From a virus, in IMG/VR virus record IMGVR_UViG_3300004369_000011, positions 1 to 64,000 of that record: a DNA stretch of 64,000 nt; one strand, given 5' to 3'. Below are positions 57,129 to 64,000 of this stretch, in pieces; within the stretch, counting starts at the first letter, position 1; each line of letters begins with the position of its first letter. The notes under the pieces were generated by a model that was given only the letters and a program-made list of their open reading frames with translations, was not told the origin of the DNA and did not search any database. Made by a program: the position numbers and the translations under genes.

Positions 57129-57452
57129 TTAACACTTAAGGCCTAGTGTCACCTTCTCATAAAGAGCTTTTCCTGTTTCCGTAAGGCTTAGATGGATCAG
57201 AGTGCGGTTGAGAGAAAGACGCTCTCTGTAAATTAATCCCATTCCGTTGGTGTTCTTTTGCGTCTTACCTCCTAACAGACAACAATTACGGGACACTGCA
57301 GAGGTTGAGATGTTTATAAATTTAGTAATGTCAGCTTGTAAAACACCCTCTGGATCGTGCTCTCCAATGATTAGAAAGATTGTCAGAGTTGTGCATGAGA
57401 CTTCGCGGTCATTAAACAGCGTAAAAGGAAGAAGACGTGCTGATAAACGCAT
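57129..57452 (-). CDS. MarR-like winged-helix protein
   Basis: QADI....ISTSAVSRN...GLIYRE...LSLTETGK. Confidence 0.7.
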   Translation of the reverse strand: MRLSARLLPFTLFNDREVSCTTLTIFLIIGEHDPEGVLQADITKFINISTSAVSRNCCLLGGKTQKNTNGMGLIYRERLSLNRTLIHLSLTETGKALYEKVTLGLKC

Positions 57453-57460
57453 AGAGCTAA

Positions 57461-57685
57461 CTAACGCGCCAGGGAATAAAGGGGAAGACAGTAACTTGCG
57501 GCACCCACCACGGTCTGCAAAGTAACCACACGTCGGTTGTTTACCCCCCTACATTCTTCTATTTGTTCGCGGTTAGCTTGATCTTGAGCCTGAAACGCGG
57601 CACAAAAACCGAGGCCCACACCTAATATCAGAGGCAAGGCAGCTTTTGCGTACGTTTTTACGTTACGAATAAAGTAGGACACCAT
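57461..57685 (-). CDS. small membrane-anchored protein
   Basis: N-terminal hydrophobic helix. Confidence 0.5.
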   Translation of the reverse strand: MVSYFIRNVKTYAKAALPLILGVGLGFCAAFQAQDQANREQIEECRGVNNRRVVTLQTVVGAASYCLPLYSLAR

Positions 57686-57975
57686 TAGGGAAGATTAGAA
57701 AAGGAGTAAGAAACCATACGATTCTTCTGCTCATATTTAATTAGATCTAAAAGTTTTAGAGCTTCCCGACCTGCACTACTCCCTGAGCCGTGCTTTCCTA
57801 TAACGTAGCTAGCAAGGTCTTCAAGAGCGCTTATATGCTTTAGTTCCCAACCATCCTCATTACTAGTGTTTTCATACAAACTTAGTTGATGAAGCTTTAA
57901 AGCAACAATAAGCGCTTCACTAGGAATCAAATCAAGAAGAGTAATCATGTCAGTTGAAAGAGAAAAAAGAAACAT
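57685..57975 (-). CDS. early hypothetical protein
   Basis: tightly packed - strand ORF. Confidence 0.5.
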   Translation of the reverse strand: MFLFSLSTDMITLLDLIPSEALIVALKLHQLSLYENTSNEDGWELKHISALEDLASYVIGKHGSGSSAGREALKLLDLIKYEQKNRMVSYSFSNLP

Positions 57976-58164
57976 GGTTGGTTTAAATAAGGTCTAAACA
58001 GAGTTCTTGATACGCCTCTTCAATCTCAGCGTGGGTAGCAGGGAGGGCCACACGATCTCTAAGGCAACAGGCAGTTCTCTCAATTTTGAGTAAGTCATCC
58101 TCAAGGACGTTTCTATCCCACAGAAAAGAGATGAAGTCGTCGGCAGTTTCGTAGGTTTTCATGT

Positions 58165-58659
58165 TTAGTTACTGAGAATGTGTACAAGGTGAGAACAGTT
58201 GTGATTCAGGTTGTAGCGCTTCGTGGCAATAGCTTGGAGCTTGCTGTATAGAAGCTGGAGTGACTGACTTAGTTGAAGCATCTCCAAAGAATCACTTCCG
58301 AGAGCTACATCTGATTTAAGTCGAACGTCATCAAAGAGTTCAGCCAGTTGTTCGTTGCTCAGTGCTCCAAGAGTAAAAATTAGAGCCTCACAATAGAGAA
58401 CAGAAAGGGGTTGGTTGGGGTCTCCTGTCACGAGAGGAGCTTCGTATAGAGCGGGCATGGGGGTAAAGGATGCTTTGGGTGAGTCAGGGGTACTAGGTGA
58501 GTCGGCGTCCTGCGAAGCAGGGGTTGGTTTAATACTGTGCAAGTGGTCTAGGATCGCACCTAAGCGGTAGCGAGTGTCTGCATCAGGTTTAGATACTTCA
58601 TAGGCTCGATATGTACGTCTATAAAGAGCCTTCCATTCGTCAAGTTTCATTGAAGACAT
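58165..58659 (-). CDS. early hypothetical protein
   Basis: tightly packed - strand ORF. Confidence 0.5.
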   Translation of the reverse strand: MSSMKLDEWKALYRRTYRAYEVSKPDADTRYRLGAILDHLHSIKPTPASQDADSPSTPDSPKASFTPMPALYEAPLVTGDPNQPLSVLYCEALIFTLGALSNEQLAELFDDVRLKSDVALGSDSLEMLQLSQSLQLLYSKLQAIATKRYNLNHNCSHLVHILSN

Positions 58660-58942
58660 CTGTCAATTTAAGAATCTCCATGGGCAGGGCAGACCGGGGA
58701 ACACGCTTACTGTTTAGATAAAAAGTAGCTTTACAGTGATCGCTTGTTCGTCCGGACCGGGTTACCTTAACTGTTACTGGGTGCCCCATAATGGTTTCAG
58801 TACAACTTGAAACGATTGGAGACATAGAGGCAGCTCGGTTAAGTTTCTGCCAAGCAGCCCTAGCTTGACCCGACATTATGTCGAGCGTGGCCTTTATGTT
58901 GTCTAAGACAGTAAGGCTTAGTTTTATCTGGACTCCGTACAT
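58640..58942 (-). CDS. early hypothetical protein
   Basis: coupled to the upstream gene (TAATG). Confidence 0.5.
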   Translation of the reverse strand: MYGVQIKLSLTVLDNIKATLDIMSGQARAAWQKLNRAASMSPIVSSCTETIMGHPVTVKVTRSGRTSDHCKATFYLNSKRVPRSALPMEILKLTDVFNET

Positions 58943-59292
58943 TAGGTACCTCGGGCAAAAGAATGACGGCTGCCCAGTTCAATCTCCCACGGTTCTGTAT
59001 TTTCTGCTACCCCATACCATTTGTTACTCGATTGGTACACACCGCCCCTACATAGTGTAAATAGAATTACGTTAAGCCTAGATTTTGTAGTTGAAGTTTG
59101 CCAACCGCAGTCACAAACTTCTACTTCGTCGGGGGTGATTGTCGCAATCGTGTGACCGTGAAGCCTGACGTTTATACGATCGATCGTATGCTTTTTGGAG
59201 GGGAAGTACACACACTGCACCTCAGTGTTAGCAAGTTTCCAATCTTTTCGCTGCTCGATTGCTTCGAGCATTAAGCGTTCGATTTTGCGCAT
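58942..59292 (-). CDS. conserved cyanophage early protein
   Basis: MRKIE..M..AI...KDW...NT.V, LHGH.IA, GWQT.TTKSRLN pattern. Confidence 0.65.
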   Translation of the reverse strand: MRKIERLMLEAIEQRKDWKLANTEVQCVYFPSKKHTIDRINVRLHGHTIATITPDEVEVCDCGWQTSTTKSRLNVILFTLCRGGVYQSSNKWYGVAENTEPWEIELGSRHSFARGT

Positions 59293-59371
59293 TGGTTTTA
59301 GGGTTAAGTAAATTGGCGCCCCGCGAAGCGGGTGATTGTAGAATACAACTCAGTTGTTCATAGGTTTAGTG

Positions 59372-59575
59372 ATGCGTGTCGCCGGGGAAGTTTTTACATC
59401 AGAGGAGAATGAGCCTGCGATTGCATCTTCCTACGAAGACCGGAATCGTGAGCGTGGGGACGCCAAGATTCTGTACAAGTTCATTATGGGAGGAGGGTTA
59501 GGTGACCCTAAACAACATGGGGACACACTGAAGCGGTTACTAGATCAGATCAGTGGGGTTAATTTAGGCGTGTGA
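59372..59575 (+). CDS. small protein starting MRVAGEVF, antisense to the early operon
   Basis: own TAGAAT (59339-59344); fills a gap in the - strand gene train. Confidence 0.55.
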   Translation: MRVAGEVFTSEENEPAIASSYEDRNRERGDAKILYKFIMGGGLGDPKQHGDTLKRLLDQISGVNLGV

Positions 59576-59581
59576 GTTGGG

Positions 59582-59923
59582 TTAGTCTTCCGGCCATTCG
59601 TAACCCTCAGGAACTTCCCAAAGGTCCCCATCCCCATCTTGATGTAAACGCCAACGCACACCATTAGATTTTATGACTGCGTTGTTGAGAATACTTATCC
59701 ACGCTTCCCAGTACCATTCATGATCTGAGCCTATCTGGCAGATCTGCACATCGCTGTAGTCAACTCCTACATCTTTAGCCCACTGTTCGTCAGCATCGTT
59801 GCAATAGAGTTGGGGAATGTAAACGCCGGGGAAGTTCGAACGTAGAACTAAGTTAGGCTCGTGCATTAGAACATACCTCGTGAGTCGATGTGATCTTGAA
59901 TTAAAGCATCGGAGGGTTCCCAC
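59582..59923 (-). CDS. early hypothetical protein (true start probably MHEPNL)
   Basis: GVYIPQ, HEWYWEAW and QDGDGDLW motifs. Confidence 0.55.
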   Translation of the reverse strand: MGTLRCFNSRSHRLTRYVLMHEPNLVLRSNFPGVYIPQLYCNDADEQWAKDVGVDYSDVQICQIGSDHEWYWEAWISILNNAVIKSNGVRWRLHQDGDGDLWEVPEGYEWPED

Positions 59924-61932
59924 CCGTCTATATATTGCAGAGCAGGAATAACATTCTCCTCCAGTTGTTCGATGATGTCGAAAGGCAGAAGATCAGTGTC
60001 GATTAGATACTTGAAGCGGGCTAAAGATTCTTTAGCCAGGGTGTAACAATTCATCTTTTTAATATCAGTCGGAGCGGAGAAGTTCATCGGGAAATAACTT
60101 TGTCTTGGGTGTCTTCAACTTGAGAAGTAACAACAACACGTTGACACAGTGAGTTATATGCTGCAGGACATTCGCGCATCAAGATTTTGCGAAGATCGTG
60201 CTGCATGTGATGATTAACAACTGCAAGTAGTTGATCTTTGTGAAACTCTGAAAAGTAAGGGCTGTAGCTCATGGGTTTGTTATGCAAGTGGCAGGGGAGA
60301 TGTTGACTGTTGAAATGTTGCCCTCAATAGAAATGAGAGCAGCATCAAGTTCACTGATAACTTTCTTGTTGTCTGCGTAGATAACTGGATAGTTATTTAG
60401 TAGGCGAATCAACTCGGAACGATAGTCAATTAGTGCAGTCCGGAGCGTGGTGGTTTGCAGCGTGATCATGTGAGTTCAATTAGGTTCTGTTTTTCGAGCA
60501 AGATTAGGTGATCAAGTACATCGCCAAGGGTAGATCGAACGTACTCATCTTTCAGTGCAGCTTGATCGTAAGCATCGTATACAGTTGAGTACAATTTGTT
60601 GAACTGTTGTTTGTTCATGATTCCCTCCATGCTTTGCAGCAACGTGAGCTTACATAATAATCAGCAGAGTAGTCAGCGTAGCGATACTCTCGCACTACAC
60701 AAGATGCCTCTTGGTAAGAATCAAACTCGTCCATAGTTTCAAGGTAGTTGTGATTAATTGATCTGCGTTGGATGTAGTACATAATTAGAAGGTGATTGTT
60801 TGTGTAGTGTCAGAGAAAGTCTTGGTGCGTAGGTACTCAAGCGTAGTTAGATCATTCTTTGCCCAATCACCCCCAGGATGATTTGGAGTTTCATTAAGTA
60901 GTTGTAAAAGATCCTGTTCATATGCACGAATCATGCGGCGCATGAAGTCACGTTCTGCATTGTAGTTAGTGTTGTAGATGGCCATGATGTTGTTGTGATT
61001 GTGTGATTGATGCCACGCGAAGCGTGATGTCTTGAGACAACTTAAACAGGTCTGGTGTTGCCTCAAGCTAACTTAAACAAGCCAGAAGTTATCTAGCTTG
61101 AACTCATTAACAAACGATTTAGCAATCGCTTCCGCCGCAACTAAACGCTCAGGCTTCGCAAATAGCGAGTTCCACGATGTAGTTAGTGACCCATACTCTC
61201 GCTGATAATCTTTAGCCGCTGGGGTGCACAAATACCGTTCTATGTAACCGATTGCTCGGTCAAGATCGAACGTATTGTTAAGCCAGAACTTAGATAAAGT
61301 CTTGCCCACACTGTTGTAGTGTGCACTAGAGAAGTTAACTGCATACTCTTCTAGTTCGCGTGCAGCTTCAGTGTCGATTGTGTAAGTCATAGTTGGGTGA
61401 TAAGAATTAGAGTGCGGAGTGATAAACAATTTTCGCGTTCTCCCTTGCACTGGCGGGCATCTTTGTGATCTTCATTGCGAAGTCGATTGCCGCAGTTTCA
61501 TTAAGTGCAGCAACAATAACGTCACCGATTCTATAACCGGGGAAGCGAACATCGTAGCGCTCCATGATGTCGAAGTTAGCCATAGTTAAGAGGTGATTGT
61601 TAGTTAAACGATGATAATTAGGAGTAGTAGCGGCCCATAATAACGTCGTTGTCTTCAGTGAACTTCATAAGAATCCCACTGAAGAATGAGTCGCCGTGGT
61701 AACCCTCCCAGCCTGGGAATGAATCACCCTCGTTGCGCATGAAGTCACCCAGGCAGTAGTAATAACCTTTATAGTTTACGAATTGGGTATCTTCAAACTC
61801 AGTTTCAGTTAGGTAGTCAAACTGTTTGCGGAGTTTGATAGTTTCAGCGTCGCCGATGTACAACTCAGCGCATAACCCTGAGAATGTTTCTCTAGGCTGA
61901 TTGTTTGTGATGATGGTTAGAGCAGCAGTCAT
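59866..61932 (-). other. cluster of small early hypothetical genes (59866-60087, 60084-60287, 60269-60469, 60785-61066, 61073-61450, 61618-61932, plus ORFs under 60 aa)
   Basis: densely packed co-oriented short ORFs downstream of the early promoters. Confidence 0.6.
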
Positions 61933-61962
61933 GATGATTCACCTGTATGCAATGTGATGTAG

Positions 61963-62480
61963 TGAGGGAAGAATCCCTCAGTTTGATGTAGTATCAAAGA
62001 GAGAGAATCTGTTAGGTTGGTGATCATAAATGATCTAACCTTAATCTAGATCAACTGTACATCTTGATGATGTAGAGGCTATCAGGAACCTACCCCAAGT
62101 TAGTTAGGGAAAGTCGGCCTAAACTTAAAGTAACGTACAAAGCGCACTAAATACATGCAAAGCATATACTTAATGCGCCAAGTGCGTCAGTTCTTTGTAT
62201 TTAGTTCCACGTTGGCGATGCGTGGTAGAAGTTAACGCCGTTAAAAGTGATGACAGGAAGTCTATGGGCTCTGTCCAGAGTACCTGCACTAGACACAGTG
62301 ACTCTGGACAGAGGAAAGGAATCGATACGGCGCACACTTAACGAGTCGGGTTGCAACTCTATTGTGCTCGGGGGATCACTCGCGCCCCTAGTTCCATTTT
62401 CTGGCCATATCTGTTATGCAGAATAAGTTAACTGTGCCTTAGGCTTTCCGTACAAACTATCTCAGTACAGTTAACTATTC
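61963..62480 (-). ncRNA. candidate large structured leader or non-coding RNA
   Basis: no ORF of 60 aa or more; at least nine inverted-repeat stems, several nested. Confidence 0.5.
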
Positions 62481-62545
62481 AGTTTTCAAGGTGCGATCGG
62501 TTGCCCGATGCCTCAGATCCTACAGCATGAAGCGCAGCTTGTCGG
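62476..62545 (-). promoter_or_regulatory. early promoter P2 + GCAA hairpin + boxA-like element
   Basis: CCGACA-17-TAGGAT; ATCGG-GCAA-CCGAT; GCACCTTGAAAACTGAATA. Confidence 0.65.
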
Positions 62546-62659
62546 GATGGTTGTTTCTGAATCGAAACATTGCGTAACGTTGGCGGGATCCTGACCATTG
62601 GTCTAGGGATCACAGGCCTTGCCACGCGTCACCCGATTGGCTGGGCTGGGCTGATCGGA

Positions 62660-62732
62660 TTGTCGAGGTGCTGCCAATCGGTCTCCCGTTCGGCTTGAGC
62701 ACAGTATGGGCACACCAGGGGCCCTAGGTCAA
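62660..62732 (-). promoter_or_regulatory. early promoter P1 + GAGA hairpin + boxA-like element
   Basis: TTGACC-18-CATACT; GCCGAACGG-GAGA-CCGATTGGC; GCACCTCGACAA. Confidence 0.65.
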
Positions 62733-63225
62733 GCCCTGAAACATTAAGAAAGTCTGAAGCCTAGGTGCGCTGGGTGAGGGGAGAGGAACCGCACGCGCTC
62801 GCGTGTATATATACATACTAAAATTGAAACCTGCCTGCCAGGTCTGACCGACTCAGCACCAGGAGAGGGGATGATAGGAAGCCTCCCCCGCCTATGTATA
62901 ACTAACCCTGCTCGCTATGTATAAAGAACTGGACGCAATCTGCCCGCAATGTGCCCTTTTTTTTAATATACAGCCTTGTTTGACGACGGGGCCGAGAACC
63001 CCCTGAGTATCAGGCAGGTAAATTGGGTATAAAAGGTCCCCCCGTCAATAAATTGATACTCAAAACCGGTAAGGCTTGTTAAAAAAAATTTTGGCCGCCC
63101 GTTTTTTAAGGTAAAAAGCTGTTCAGGTCGATAATTTTGTTTAATTTGAGATAAGGGTGGGGTAATGCAGGGTACTGGCCCCTATACTCTGACGTGTAGA
63201 CTCTTTTTGAGCTTAGAGAGGTTCC

Positions 63226-63438
63226 ATGACTGACCATGCACTTGTTGATAAGTTAAAAACTGCGGGGGTGTGTTGTGCTGAGTGCGGGGACAGGTACGGA
63301 ACCCCCCGTGGAAAGTATTCGTCTTGGTGGATGGGTGTTTGCAATGTGTGCGATGCAGAGGCACCCGTCACCGAGGTACGTAATTTTCGCTATTTGCATC
63401 GTGGGCTTGTTGAACTTGTTGAAAATGCCAAGATCTAG
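63226..63438 (+). CDS. small Zn-ribbon protein
   Basis: GAGG RBS; two CxxC motifs. Confidence 0.6.
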   Translation: MTDHALVDKLKTAGVCCAECGDRYGTPRGKYSSWWMGVCNVCDAEAPVTEVRNFRYLHRGLVELVENAKI

Positions 63439-63470
63439 ATAGTAAACTAGGTATACAAACTGGTTTAGTT

Positions 63471-63842
63471 ATGAATCACAGCGGCAACCTGCGGAATCCT
63501 CTGTATCGTCCTGGGGTAGATGAGTCTCGGTATGAGACGATGCCCTTCGCTCCATCTGCAGCTCCGCCTGCTTACGAAACAATGCCCTACTATCCCGATT
63601 CTCAGGAAGATGAACGAGCTAATTTGGGCGCATTGTTCTTAGAGCAGTTTTTAAGCGGAAACCCCGAGGCTGTTGAAACTGCAGGACCTAGCTTTGATCT
63701 GCTTCCCGACATTGACTCCTCCGTAATGGATAGGTATCTTGAGGAGTACCGTCAGAGCCCTGGCTATACGCCGCCAAAGTTAAATATGGACGAGATTCGT
63801 AGAAATATTCGACGTGCGCGTGCACTGGTCCGAGGCGTTTAG
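63471..63842 (+). CDS. hypothetical protein
   Basis: TAAACT upstream; internal YETMP repeat. Confidence 0.55.
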   Translation: MNHSGNLRNPLYRPGVDESRYETMPFAPSAAPPAYETMPYYPDSQEDERANLGALFLEQFLSGNPEAVETAGPSFDLLPDIDSSVMDRYLEEYRQSPGYTPPKLNMDEIRRNIRRARALVRGV

Positions 63843-64000
63843 TTTAAGAATTACAAATTAACATTGTTAACCGTTTTGAGGGTACATCATGGTGCCTTTT
63901 ATGTTTAAGATGAGTTAGCGTTCCCTAACAGTAATGAGCTTAACCACCTCTGTGCCCTCGCGTTTACTTTCTTCCGAGGAGTGGGATGAGCTTAACGCTC

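Noticed and set aside
1-64000. tRNA genes, terminase, introns/inteins, stop-codon reassignment
   Set aside because: No cloverleaf or T-loop motif or terminase motif was recognised; polA, thyX and primase look uninterrupted; standard-code ORFs tile the window densely.

Overview
The window is about 64 kb of a tailed dsDNA phage, most likely a lytic freshwater picocyanobacterial phage. The host inference rests on two NblA-like genes, cyanobacterial-type boxA motifs and typical cyanophage small genes. The gene set is reminiscent of the S-EIV1-like lineage, but that is unverified. From about 0.1 to 38 kb the genes are mostly on the + strand and late: two GT17 glycosyltransferases, probable portal, scaffold, major capsid protein, putative internal virion proteins, tail fibres with ALASGNA repeats, tail-collar proteins, five Fe(II)/2OG oxygenases and two lysozyme-type lysins. 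From about 39 to 62 kb the genes run on the - strand and cover replication and early functions: primase-helicase, exonuclease, SSB, PolA, a RavA/ViaA-like pair, dcd and many small early ORFs; thyX sits just upstream on the + strand. No terminase, integrase, tRNA, CRISPR array or reverse transcriptase was recognised. The most notable items are: (1) two tandem promoter/GNRA-hairpin/boxA units resembling an rRNA-operon antitermination leader, followed by a ~520-nt densely base-paired non-coding RNA at the head of the early operon; (2) an R-[FILV]-A-G-(E/D-V-F) peptide motif shared by many unrelated small proteins; (3) two divergent nblA genes; (4) a shared C-terminal IGLIxALS tail-fibre cap with a deletion scar; (5) two catalytically degenerate methyltransferase folds; (6) a 500-nt portal/scaffold overlap. 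All family assignments come from motif recognition by eye, not database searches.
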